A stretch of DNA of 64,000 nucleotides from Naegleria gruberi (lineage: Eukaryota): the NCBI GenBank assembly GCA_000004985.1, contig GG738855.1; one strand, 5' to 3'. The first letter of the stretch is position 1. Every line of letters begins with the position of its first letter. A model generated the notes under the pieces. It searched no databases. It saw only the letters and a list, made by a program, of their open reading frames with translations, and was not told where the DNA came from. A program made the position numbers and the translations under genes. This document shows positions 1 to 10,441 of the stretch, piece by piece.

Positions 1-709
1 AAATGGTTCCTTTCAAAAATCCAATTTTAACATCAGTTCTATTCAATTGTGGAGCAGTTGGTGTTGAAATACTTGGGTCCAAATTAGATCTCATATACGC
101 AGGAGAAGAGTATCCATAATTACATTGAAAGTGTGCTTTTTGCTCTCTTGCTTCGTTTTGAGCTGTTGTGAATAAAATTTACAAATGTGATGAATTACTT
201 ATTTAACTATTTAACTTTCTAAAATTAAACTTACCAACATTTGATGTCACAACATCACACTCACCATTATTTACAGCTTTTGCCATAGTTTCAAAGAAGC
301 CCAAAGCAGCCAAGTTATAGGTTCTATATGCATATGCAAGATTAGTCTTGTAATTTGTATTAATTAATGAAACAATTGACTTTCCAACCAAGTGAAAAAC
401 TTCTGAATATGGATAGACAGCGTCATCTTCAAAACACATTGTTAAATTTGTTCTTCCAACGAAAGGGTTTTTAGTTGGGAAGGCAGTGAGACCAGACCCA
501 CAGAGAGGATTAGCCAACCCCATCAATTCCTCATATTTTGATGTGAAAGAACTGTCTTTCAACATTAGCTTGACTGCATAATCGATGGCATCTGTGAAAT
601 CTTGTGAAACAGTTATCTGAGCATTCAAAGTGGCTACAAGGGAAGCAAGTGCCACCAGTAAAACTATAATGAAATGGATGGTGTGTTTTTGTGATGTGGA
701 GTGTCTCAT
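1..709 (-). CDS. Secreted protein of unknown function (partial; 3' end lies beyond window start)
   Basis: ATG at 709 (minus). N-terminus MRHSTSQKHTIHFIIVLLVALASLVATLNAQ is a typical signal peptide. Exon 1 235-709; GTAAGT donor at 229-234; 62-nt intron 173-234 ending AG; exon 2 runs 172 to 1 in frame (..TSNVAQNEAREQKAHFQCNYGYSSPAYMRSNLDP..) and stays open at the window edge. No family recognised. Confidence 0.5.
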
Positions 710-1210
710 TGTTTTTTATTTTTTGAATGAATCGTTTCAACAACACTTGGTTGCGTCTTTATTCGATTCTTCCACCCAAACCTTGTTTGTGAAGCTTTGG
801 CAATGAACTTGCACCACGAAAATGGCAATTTTTGCTGCAGTTAAGAGGTGAATTTCACAAGGTGTGAAATGTCCAAAAGCACTAGCTTGTTAAAGATGCA
901 AAGTGTTCTGACCACAGAATTGAAACTAACAATATGTGGAATTGTTACCTCAAACCTCCAAGTGTTATTTCATGTTTTGACTGTTGTTGAAATGTGATAT
1001 CGAATTTGGTAGCCATTAACATTTTGGAACAACCAAAATAAAAACTGAGATAACAGTTCCCCATTAAAATTCATAAATGAATCATCGGCAGCCGTAGATA
1101 TTATCCATCTACAACTTTTAGCTTCGTTACTTGCCACATGGATTCGTTACCGAATCGAATGCATTCCTTATGTTTAACTCTCATTAAAGTCTCAAATCAT
1201 CACAACAGAT

Positions 1211-3108
1211 TTATTGGTGCCATGTTTTGGATTCATCATAAATATTAATCTTGTATCTGAAAGAAATAACCTTATTTCTTAAATTTGGTTGTTTTGGAAG
1301 GGGATCTTTGAATACAACCTTGAATTTGCCACTCTGGCCAAATGGTGAATCAATTATACCTGAAAATCTTGGTTGGTCATCAATGAGAATATCAATCTTC
1401 TTTCCAATGAAAAATTGCAGTGATTGAGTTTTGGAAGTGAGAAGATTTTTTCCAATAATTGTGTTGGCATCAACAACTCTATCAACTACAGCTTTCTTTT
1501 CCTTGTATTTAAAAACAGGAAGAGAGTTGACAAGCTGTTCTTTGGAAACATTGGATTTGTTCCACATCTTGATAACTTTACCATTGAATGCCAATCTACA
1601 CATATTCGCATCTATTTGTGTTAGAAAAGATGATCGTAAAAAACTTACTGATATCTGTATCCAGTTTGGAAGCAATATAATTAGAGTTTGGATAGCAACA
1701 CACTGGTTTTTCAAATTCAATTTTAACAAAAACATCTTTTTCTTGATAAGTTGTTTCGGTCAATTCCTCCAATAAAGAGTACTCTACCGTTGTATCGAAT
1801 ATGTTACTTGAAAGGCCTTCTTTCTTGGCTCTGGCGATAAGGGAAACATTTCCCATAACAGTTTCATGCCCAATAGATACTATTTCAATTAGTACAGAAA
1901 TGATTACTAGAATACATACTGTGATATTTTGCAGAGTTTTTGATTTCCTTCTTGAAAAATCTGATTCTAGAAGCATTTGCTAGAATTGTGTCAACAATTT
2001 CAATATAGCCTTTGTCACATGCAAAACCTCTCTCCAGCTTTTTGCTATCCAATTTTGTAACTGCAATACCAATTCGATCTCCTTTAATTGCCTTATCTAC
2101 AGGTGTTTTAAACATTTGGATGGATTTGACCTTCTTTTCCTCCCCAATAGAAGGAATTTGAATTGTTTTACCAATACTAACACTGCCTTGCAAAACAGTT
2201 CCTGTAATAATAGTTCCCTTTCCTTTGATTGTAAAACAGTGGTCAACCATATATAGGAATGGCTCATTTTCATCCTTTTCTGAAATTTTTACATGTTTTT
2301 GGAATTCAGCAATGAGATTTTTAAGTCCTTGTTCCTTTGTTATACTTTCACTTTCTTCTCTTGGATCAGCACAAACAGAAACAATTGGAGGGTTTTTAAA
2401 TTTAGTTTGGGAAAAGACATTCTTAATGAGACTTTTCTTAATCTGTAATGAAAATTAATTTCCTAAATATATTTTGAAATTACTGACCTTATCAACACGG
2501 TCCTCTCTTTGATCTGCTGGAATCATATCGACCTTATTGAGGGCAACAATTAAATTATTACATGAAATTTCTCCAATAACAATGCATTCAGCTGTTTGAG
2601 TTTGTACACCTTTCACAGCATCAATAACCAATACCATGAAATCAATAATTTGAGCTCCACCAATAATTGTTCTAATTAAACTGGCATGGCCAGGACAATC
2701 TACAAGAGTATATTGAATCCTATCATATTCAGATAATGGGGAATCAGAGTAAAATGCAGAGAAACCCAAATCTTGAGTAATACCTCTTTCTTTTGATTGA
2801 GGACTTTTATCAAAGGCTGCTGTTGAAGCGTGAGTTGACAGAGCTTTACATAAACTTGTTTTTCCTTTCAAATAAATCATTAGAATAAATTTCATTAAAA
2901 ACTCACCAGAATCAACATGTCCTATTATTATTGAAATAAGAATTGATATTAGAATTGAGAAACAAACCTAAAATTCCAACATTTACATTTAATATTCTAT
3001 GTGATGATCGGAGAGTTACATTCTCTTCTCCTCCTTGATTATTTGTTTCCGAATCTTGGTTTTGATTTGTGAACTTGATGGCAAACTGGTTTCCTTCTCT
3101 GTAGACAT
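1211..3108 (-). CDS. EEFSEC: Selenocysteine-specific translation elongation factor (eEFSec/SelB), six exons
   Basis: Spliced translation gives ..ILNVNVGILG|HVDSG|KTSLCKALSTHASTAAFDKSPQSKERGITQDLGFSAF..TLVDCPGHASLIRTIIGGAQIIDFMVLVIDAVKG..NKVDMIP (GTPase domain), ..FTIKGKGTIITGTVLQGSV.. (domain II), ..AKYHISIGHETVMG.. and ..CRLAFNGKVIK..IIDSPFGQSGKFKV (C-terminal domain IV), all matching eEFSec as I recall it. Approximate exons: 2968-3108, 2907-2921 (15-nt micro-exon), 2488-2864, 1920-2442, 1649-1879, 1211-1611. Introns of 46, 42, 45, 40 and 37 nt (GTTTGT/GTGAGT/GTCAGT/GTATGT/GTAAGT..AG). Start codon uncertain (see finding). Confidence 0.85.
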
Positions 3109-3300
3109 TTTTTATTAATATCTAACTTTTTAATTTCGCCTCTTTACAGACTTGAATATGCTTCACTGGTAAATAAATGTTTTATCTAAATATTCTCTTA
3201 AGTTATAATTGCTGATTGACTTTGTGATAATCAATCGGATCAATCATTAAATTAATTTTTAAATATTCGTGATGACATCACACAATAATTATTAATAAAA

Positions 3301-3714
3301 ATGAGTGATTTGGATGCTGGAGAGGACATGTTTGATGATTTTTTAAATTCCCGTCTTGAGGATGATGAAACCATAGGCCATGATCAATCTGTTACTGATG
3401 CTATCAATGATGATGAATTTGAGAAATTATTGAATGAATCTGAGACAGAGACTGTACAAAATGAACCGGAAAAGGAATCAATCAATGTTGATTTATCATC
3501 AGCAACAACAATAACTGCATCCACTGAATCCGTCATTGAAAAGAAGGAAGAACAAGTTAAAGATGATGAGGAAGTCATTGAATTTTCGTGGAGCGATGAA
3601 GACTATAGCAAAGACGAAACCGATCAAGTTAATCAAAATAATGCAATTTCAGAAATTAAAATTCAACAAGAAAAACCAGTGACAATTGAAAAGTCAGAAA
3701 ATAGGGAACTCTAA
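3301..3714 (+). CDS. Small acidic protein (Asp/Glu-rich), function unknown
   Basis: ATG-initiated 137-aa ORF MSDLDAGEDMFDDFLNSRLEDDETIGHDQ.. with strong acidic bias. May continue into the next ORF through a +1 frameshift or an unresolved intron near 3686-3714. Confidence 0.4.
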   Translation: MSDLDAGEDMFDDFLNSRLEDDETIGHDQSVTDAINDDEFEKLLNESETETVQNEPEKESINVDLSSATTITASTESVIEKKEEQVKDDEEVIEFSWSDEDYSKDETDQVNQNNAISEIKIQQEKPVTIEKSENREL

Positions 3715-4391
3715 TTTAACAAATAATGCTAGTAATAGTACTACTACTGATCAGGGAACATCAGTTAAAAGTGAGGAAATAATTGAAACTAGAATTAGTG
3801 TAATGATTTCCGACGTTTTGAATAGATTTGGAAAAGTAATTGACATTGATAGTAGATCGGAAGCTATTGAGAATAGAATTAAACATTTGAAAGAAGAAGA
3901 GGTAGAGTCTGAGTATAGTTTTGGAAAATTAAAAGGTAGTATTCAGAGAAAATTGGTAGTTCTCGAATGTGCTGTAGAGAATTTGTGTGTTCTTGTGGAA
4001 AAGAATGTACAAAGAAAATTGAAATTGAGAGAATCTAAACAGGTTTTGAAAGAGCAATTGAGAGCAAACATTGAAAAATACTCTGAAAAGTGCACTCAAT
4101 TAGATGAACAGAAAGAGAAATACTCCAAGATGGAAAATTTATGGGAAAAGGATAGAAAGAACCTTGTAGATCTCATTGAAAAATTGAAGCAACAAGTAGA
4201 AAGCAAGGATCCTGAAAATGAATTCCTCAAAACAATGAAAATTCCAGAAGCTCCTAAAGCAACAGACTCTGAAGACAATACTCTTTCTAACCTTACTAAA
4301 TCTCTCCTATCACTTCCAGAAGCTTGGAAATCCTCTAATCCATCCGATTCTAATCCCCAATCTTCCAACACATCCTCTAGCTCTTCAGCCG
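3686..4391 (+). CDS. Coiled-coil protein, partial (runs into assembly gap; may be 3' part of the preceding acidic protein gene)
   Basis: Open frame ..ISVMISDVLNRFGKVIDIDSRSEAIENRIKHLKEEEVESEYSFGKLKGSIQRKL..LKEQLRANIEKYSEKCTQLDEQKEKYSKMENLWEKDRKNLVDLIEKLKQQVESK.. with heptad-like composition. First in-frame ATG is at about 3803. The frame is still open where the N run begins at 4392. Confidence 0.35.
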
Positions 4392-4903
4392 NNNNNNNNN
4401 NNNNNNNNNNNNNNNNNNNNNNNNNNNNNNNNNNNNNNNNNNNNNNNNNNNNNNNNNNNNNNNNNNNNNNNNNNNNNNNNNNNNNNNNNNNNNNNNNNNN
4501 NNNNNNNNNNNNNNNNNNNNNNNNNNNNNNNNNNNNNNNNNNNNNNNNNNNNNNNNNNNNNNNNNNNNNNNNNNNNNNNNNNNNNNNNNNNNNNNNNNNN
4601 NNNNNNNNNNNNNNNNNNNNNNNNNNNNNNNNNNNNNNNNNNNNNNNNNNNNNNNNNNNNNNNNNNNNNNNNNNNNNNNNNNNNNNNNNNNNNNNNNNNN
4701 NNNNNNNNNNNNNNNNNNNNNNNNNNNNNNNNNNNNNNNNNNNNNNNNNNNNNNNNNNNNNNNNNNNNNNNNNNNNNNNNNNNNNNNNNNNNNNNNNNNN
4801 NNNNNNNNNNNNNNNNNNNNNNNNNNNNNNNNNNNNNNNNNNNNNNNNNNNNNNNNNNNNNNNNNNNNNNNNNNNNNNNNNNNNNNNNNNNNNNNNNNNN
4901 NNN
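4392..4903. other. Assembly gap (512 N)
   Basis: Uninterrupted run of n. ORF-track entries that translate it as X (3686..5614 plus, and 4096..5070, 4377..4973, 4385..4909 minus) are artefacts across the gap. Confidence 0.99.
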
Positions 4904-5614
4904 TTGCATAAATATTTGGGATTTGATTCCAAGAGGACATTGATGGGAAAGATTTTCCGTACAGCAACTGCAATTGTTGTTAAATCAAATCCATACTGGA
5001 AACTCTCTGTTAAACATGTCAACAAGAATAGTTTACCAACACAAGAGAAGAAAACTATTTTTGTTTGCAACCATCAAAGTAATATGGATCCATTTGCATT
5101 AATTTGTGGTGCTTTACCAATTGAAACTAAATGGGTTTCAAAGAGTGATTTGTTTGCAATTCCATTTGCTGGAAGAATGATGTCAAATGCCGGAGATGTT
5201 CCAATTGTTTTCAAGAGCAAGAAAATGGATGATATGAGTACTGACAGAGATTCTGTTAAATCTGCCATGAATAAGCTCAAAGAACATTTACGTAATGATA
5301 ATGCTGTATTTTTCTTCCCTGAAGGAAGAAGATCTTCCACACCTGACCAACTTTTGGAATGGAAGAAGGGTGCCTCAATTATGAGTTTAGAAACAGGAGC
5401 TGACATTGTTCCAATTGGTTTGTATGGTACATTCACTATGTGGGGTATTGAAGAAGCTCTTCCAACACCAGGTAAAGCAGCAATTGTTGTCGGAGAACCA
5501 ATTAGTGTTCAAGGAATGACTTTGGAAAAGGATGTTGAAACTCTCAATGAAAAAACAAGAGAAGCTGTTGCTGAATTGTTGCAAAAAGCTATGGCTGAAT
5601 ATGCTAAAATGTAA
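4904..5614 (+). CDS. Lysophospholipid/1-acyl-glycerol-3-phosphate acyltransferase (PlsC/LPLAT family), 5' end lost in gap
   Basis: ..TIFVCNHQSNMDPFALICGALP.. is acyltransferase motif I (H-x4-D). ..AVFFFPEGRRSST.. is motif III (FPEGTR-like). Ends ..LLQKAMAEYAKM with TAA at 5612-5614. Confidence 0.75.
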   Translation: MHKYLGFDSKRTLMGKIFRTATAIVVKSNPYWKLSVKHVNKNSLPTQEKKTIFVCNHQSNMDPFALICGALPIETKWVSKSDLFAIPFAGRMMSNAGDVPIVFKSKKMDDMSTDRDSVKSAMNKLKEHLRNDNAVFFFPEGRRSSTPDQLLEWKKGASIMSLETGADIVPIGLYGTFTMWGIEEALPTPGKAAIVVGEPISVQGMTLEKDVETLNEKTREAVAELLQKAMAEYAKM

Positions 5615-5799
5615 AGAACCTTAATCAATTTACACAGTAAATTTCCATACAATAGAATGATATAATATCTCGTCACTCTTTATTTGTACCTCAACATGGT
5701 TACATTTTCTCAAAGAGAGTGGAAAACCGATTAGAACTGACCAGAAGATGTCGAGAAGTTTTCCCGCCAATTTAACAACAAAGCAAATAAAATACTAAA

Positions 5800-7648
5800 A
5801 TGCCATCCAGCACAACAACAACCGTGGAGAACATTATCAAAGTCAAAACCTTTGCTCATGCTTTGAATCAACAGGACACGGATTTTGCAATATTATTTAG
5901 ACATGTATATTGTTTATTTAATAGAACACTGTGTTACTCACATGATACTGTTTGTCCCAAAGGTTTCTTCATTACAGATGCTGTTGGCAAAAGTATTAAT
6001 TTGTTTTTCGTGTTGGATACACCAAGATTAGCTTCCGAAGCTAACTTACTCATTGAATCATCTAACCATCTCCTTCATGGATTTGTAAATATCATGGTTA
6101 GGATTACATCACAGAGTTTCACTTCTAATAGTATTAATAATAGTTGTAATATGAACATTCAACACAACAATACAAATAATAATAACTCATTACGGCCCAG
6201 CAACGACAGAGTTGCCATTGTTCCATTCATCGACGAAGATCATCAACAACAGGATCCTTCAATGAAACTTTTCGAAAACTCAATCTTTTCTACTGACATT
6301 AGTCTGAAAACGTTTTGTGAAGAGTATATTAGAGCTGTTAATAACAAGGCAGCTGTTCAACACATTCTGGGATTCTTCAGAGAAATTTCAGAATCTATTG
6401 GCTCTTCTGATCGATTCAAGATTGAAATCTTTAAGAATTGCACCTGCAGATCATTTGTTGGTGATTTTTATACAGTTTCTAGAGATATACTGAGGTATGG
6501 TTGAAATTAATTTCAATTTTATTATAATATTGCTTTCTATTAGCATTTGTAAGGTTGCATCTTTTGATAAATCTGCAAAGAAAGGATTATCTAAAGAACA
6601 AGTTGATTACGTAAATAGTATCAAACAAGATAGGCCATTCTATACCTTAATGTTAAAGATGGATCGTCTTATTAAAGATGTTGTAAATCCTCTATTCGAA
6701 TTTATGAAGTTTTGTCATAGAAAAGCAGATTGTTCTATATCACATCTCCTTTACAAGTATTGTATCAAGTTCAAAATAACCTCAGTTTCCCCTCAACAAA
6801 AGAATTCAAATTCTACATCTACAGGTCCTTACATGTCTGAATCTGAGGAGAGCGAATCTCCTACTGTTTACATACCAGATGTACAAACAGAAGTGAGAGA
6901 ATTAACCTTTCCAAAGAGCTCTCATCTCTACAAACAACTTCCTTCAGATCCAAACACAAGAAAATCACAAATAGAAAAAGATGTATTCAGGTTGGGAGCC
7001 CTCTTTTTAGCCTTTGTTACTGGATCTAAGGAAATTGGAGAAAATACAGTCGACTCTGTTTCTGAAATGTTAAAGCAGTTGAGAATGAGTGTAGATTATT
7101 TGAGACAAACACATGTTCAATTTGAAAATATGCTCATAACCAAAAAGTGTGGAGATGATACGAAAATCTACCTTATGAGTGAGAGGTTGGCTCATTTAAC
7201 AGCCCTTCATTATAGCCTTTCAACATTTGAAAAACTGGTTTCTGAAATGGTGGAGCAAAAAACATGTACCTTGAAACAAATGTTACTAATGGTTGAAAAG
7301 TCTGCCATGGACAAGATGATAGAGAATTTCCGTGACCAGTCATTTGAAGAGAAAATGACCAGTTGTGAACGAATCTCAAACTCAGTCCAGGCAGTATTGG
7401 GAAAGGATTCAGAAAAAAAGAAACAGATTAATGAAAGAAGTAGGATGATTTTGGGAGATTGTACAAACTCGAGCTTTATAACACCAGACTCACCCATGAC
7501 AATTTCTACAACTCCAACCCACAAGAGGAAATTTTCTGATACAACTGTTCAGTATTTCTGTTCACAGAGCAAGATACCTGCAAATAAGGTTGTAAAACGA
7601 GAAAACTTAGAGAATTATCCAAGAAGTGCAATAATAAATAGAAAATAA
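5800..7648 (+). CDS. Hypothetical protein (~599 aa), two exons
   Basis: ORFs 5800..6504 and 6497..7648 join across a 49-nt intron 6495-6543 (GTATGG..TAG), giving continuous ..FYTVSRDILR|SICKVASFDKSAKKGLSKEQ... Asn-rich low-complexity stretch (NNTNNNNS). No family recognised. Confidence 0.55.
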
Positions 7649-7663
7649 TTTTAGTTTTATTAT

Positions 7664-10441
7664 TTATTTTTGTTCAACAGCGGCTGGTTCAGTCTTTTCC
7701 TTCTTCTGGTTGTGCTTTCTTTGATTATTGTGCTTGTTGTTGTTATTATTGTTGTTTGTTCTGTTTCCTTTTTGATTTTGATTTTGCTTTGAGTTCTTTT
7801 GCTTTGATCTCTTTGCTTGTTTGTGATCAGTCATCACAACGTAAGCAGTATTACTTTGCTTGGCTTCATAAAGCTTTTCGTTATATTCAACAAGGGAGGA
7901 AATTTTGTCTGACAATTGGAGGGCAAGATATTGGAGTGGAGTTGGGGCAGAGTGATAAACGACAATAGTATTGTTGGTTTGGTCAAAAGCAGCATAGAAT
8001 TCTTCAGAAATGATCATCTTGTTGACAATTGAATGCACAGATGGAGATGGGAGATCAAACATCTTAGCCATTAAATCAACAGAGAATGTTTCATAATGTC
8101 TGCTATACTTGAAAATGTAGGCCTTCAATGCAGCAACCTTAACCTTCTTCTTCAACATTTCCTTAACAGGTTCATTGTCAGGAATCAAGCTCCATATATC
8201 TTCCAAAGCAAGGAGGGTCTTGTAAGCTTCTTCCCAAGCACCTGATGAAAGTAAATGGAAAGCAGAGTTAATACGTTCCTTAGTATTTTCTGGTTGACCA
8301 ACATAGTGTTGACGGCTAAAGTTTTCCAAAACACGTCTGAAAGCCTTGTTAATAACCTTAGGCTTAACGTTGGAGAATGAATGCATAGCCATATTTGGAA
8401 CTTCCAAAAGCAATGCACAGATCAAGTGAATTCCTTCAATCAAGTCAACACTGATATGTTGATGGTATGGAATCAATCTACTTCTTTCAATCTTTTCATT
8501 TTGTTCCTTCTTTTGAACAGTACCAGTTTGTGGTTGGAATCTGTTGCTTGACAAACCTTGAGCAAGCAATTCTTTTTGCTTTTGAGAACTGTAAAGTTCA
8601 AGCAAAGCACTATGAGATTCTTGGATCAAACCATTCTTGAAAGCACAGATACCAATTTGAGCAATAACTCTGTTGAAAAGAATTTGGGTTGGAATATCAA
8701 AATGATTAATAGTATCTTGCAATTTGCTGGTGACAAGGAGATTTCTAGCTTCAAAGAATTTACCATAAACAGCTCTGTGATAAATGTGCATCAAGAGTGT
8801 TCGTATCTTGGAATGTTCTGTTCCATTTTCATATATGATAGTAGAGAGATGGGACAAAACCTTCGTCAGATTTGGTTCAATGACATCCGGCGAGTCAATA
8901 ACGAATGGGTCAACGGTTGGAGTAACTTCTGTTGAAACCATGAGCTTTTCTTCAGCAATCCAATTTTCCTTAGCTTCTTCAAGTGATTTAAGAGCATTGG
9001 TTCTTTGGGCAGAGAGAAGGTTATCGTGATCTTCTTGCTTTCTATAATATAAATGTTCAAATAATTTGAAGGCAACACGAGCAAGATTTCTCTTATTGTT
9101 TCTCTTAGAGTAGAATGTATAGACTCTTTCTCCAGCTTCAATGAGCAAGTATTCATCCTTCAATCTCTTTGCATAATCTTGTGTATGTGGATCAGTATAT
9201 TGCAAGCTAGTAATAAATTCATCGTACAATCTTTCCAAAATTGATGCAATATTACCCTTGATGACAACTTGACCAGCTTTGTTAGGTTCAGAGGTTTCAC
9301 CTTCAGGAAGTGATTCACCCAATGTTTGATCAACAGATTCAACAATAACTAATTCAGGATGATCCTCAATAAGTTTAACAAGTCTAATAAGACCGAAACA
9401 AGCATTTTTCCAAGTATCAATTGAAAGGTAGTTATTTGTTCCCTTTGGTAAATCAAAGTTAGTAAGAACAATCAAAAGCAATAATTGAATTCTAGTCTTT
9501 GGTTCATGGGAGTGAGCCAAAAGAATCTTCAATTGAAGAAGTGATTCCTTTGGATTAGTTCCCTTGTATCCTTTAACTCTTCCGATTTCAGCAATCTTTT
9601 CTTCAATAGTGCCTGATGTTAAATCAGCCATAAGCCTTTGGATATCATTGAGTGGAACTGATGATGTCTTTGGTTGTTTAACTTTAACAACAGGTTCGGC
9701 TTCATCTTCAGTATCTTGGTAAGTTTCTGGTTCAGTTTTACATGCCTTCATCAATTCCTCGTATGGCTTGTTGGCCTTTTTAATTTTGCTGTAAAGTGTT
9801 GTGAGAAGTTTGGCATCATTAGTTTTTAAATCGGCTTTCTTATCCTTGGCTTCTTCCAATCTATCTTCCAAATAAACCAAGAATCTAACATAAAGATTAG
9901 GAACCTTCTTCTTTCCTTTGTATTCATCTAATTTTTGAATCTTTTCAAGAACCTTGCCGACTTCAACAATATCGTCAGAAACAACCTTCCAGTTGTTGTC
10001 CATAATACTATCTTGAACCTTTTCAGTTATTTCACGCAATTCATCTAAATACTTTTCTCTGTGAGACTTGACTTCAGCTCTTTCTTCTTCTTCTTCTTCT
10101 TCCTCTGATACCCATTCATCATCAGAGTAATCACTTTCCTCTTCTTCGTCCGAATTTTCAAGGAACCATTTTTTCCTCTTATCGTCAAGCTCGGATTGTG
10201 CTGATTTAGGTTCTTCTTTGGCTGGTTTTTTTGTTTCTTTATCTTCCTCATCAGATTCTTCATCAGAACCTTCCTCATCATCAGAATCTACCATTTTAGC
10301 TTTATTAAAGAAGCCTTTTTTCTTGGTGGATTCTTCCTCTTCTTCAGAATCAGTGATTTCTTCTTCAGAAACTTCCTCTTCTGAACGATCTTCCTCTTCG
10401 TCACTGTCGACAAAGTTTGCAGCACGAAAATATGAGCTCAT
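7664..10441 (-). CDS. EIF3C: Eukaryotic translation initiation factor 3 subunit C (eIF3c/NIP1), single exon
   Basis: 925 aa. Acidic Ser/Asp/Glu N-terminus (MSSYFRAANFVDSDEEEDRSEEE..), central ..HFDIPTQILFNRVIAQIGICAFKNGLIQESHSALLELYSSQKQKELLAQGL.., PCI-domain region ..DLPSPSVHSIVNKMIISEEF.. and basic Asn/Lys-rich tail, all matching my recollection of eIF3c. Confidence 0.9.
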   Translation of the reverse strand: MSSYFRAANFVDSDEEEDRSEEEVSEEEITDSEEEEESTKKKGFFNKAKMVDSDDEEGSDEESDEEDKETKKPAKEEPKSAQSELDDKRKKWFLENSDEEEESDYSDDEWVSEEEEEEEERAEVKSHREKYLDELREITEKVQDSIMDNNWKVVSDDIVEVGKVLEKIQKLDEYKGKKKVPNLYVRFLVYLEDRLEEAKDKKADLKTNDAKLLTTLYSKIKKANKPYEELMKACKTEPETYQDTEDEAEPVVKVKQPKTSSVPLNDIQRLMADLTSGTIEEKIAEIGRVKGYKGTNPKESLLQLKILLAHSHEPKTRIQLLLLIVLTNFDLPKGTNNYLSIDTWKNACFGLIRLVKLIEDHPELVIVESVDQTLGESLPEGETSEPNKAGQVVIKGNIASILERLYDEFITSLQYTDPHTQDYAKRLKDEYLLIEAGERVYTFYSKRNNKRNLARVAFKLFEHLYYRKQEDHDNLLSAQRTNALKSLEEAKENWIAEEKLMVSTEVTPTVDPFVIDSPDVIEPNLTKVLSHLSTIIYENGTEHSKIRTLLMHIYHRAVYGKFFEARNLLVTSKLQDTINHFDIPTQILFNRVIAQIGICAFKNGLIQESHSALLELYSSQKQKELLAQGLSSNRFQPQTGTVQKKEQNEKIERSRLIPYHQHISVDLIEGIHLICALLLEVPNMAMHSFSNVKPKVINKAFRRVLENFSRQHYVGQPENTKERINSAFHLLSSGAWEEAYKTLLALEDIWSLIPDNEPVKEMLKKKVKVAALKAYIFKYSRHYETFSVDLMAKMFDLPSPSVHSIVNKMIISEEFYAAFDQTNNTIVVYHSAPTPLQYLALQLSDKISSLVEYNEKLYEAKQSNTAYVVMTDHKQAKRSKQKNSKQNQNQKGNRTNNNNNNNKHNNQRKHNQKKEKTEPAAVEQK
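10081..10103 (-). repeat. (GAA)7 on the coding strand inside eIF3c, poly-Glu
   Basis: Forward strand reads tttcttcttcttcttcttcttcc; translates to EEEEEEE in the acidic N-terminal region of eIF3c. Confidence 0.8.

Noticed and set aside
1596-2250. ORFs 1885..2250, 1596..1976 and 1211..1735 as three separate small genes
   Set aside because: All are eEFSec domains II to IV joined by 40-nt and 37-nt introns; the overlapping frames result from introns whose length is not a multiple of 3.
3686-5614. 642-aa ORF with ~170 X residues (and minus-strand ORFs 4096..5070, 4377..4973, 4385..4909) spanning the N run
   Set aside because: These exist only because the 512-nt gap was translated. The real content is two separate partial genes flanking the gap.
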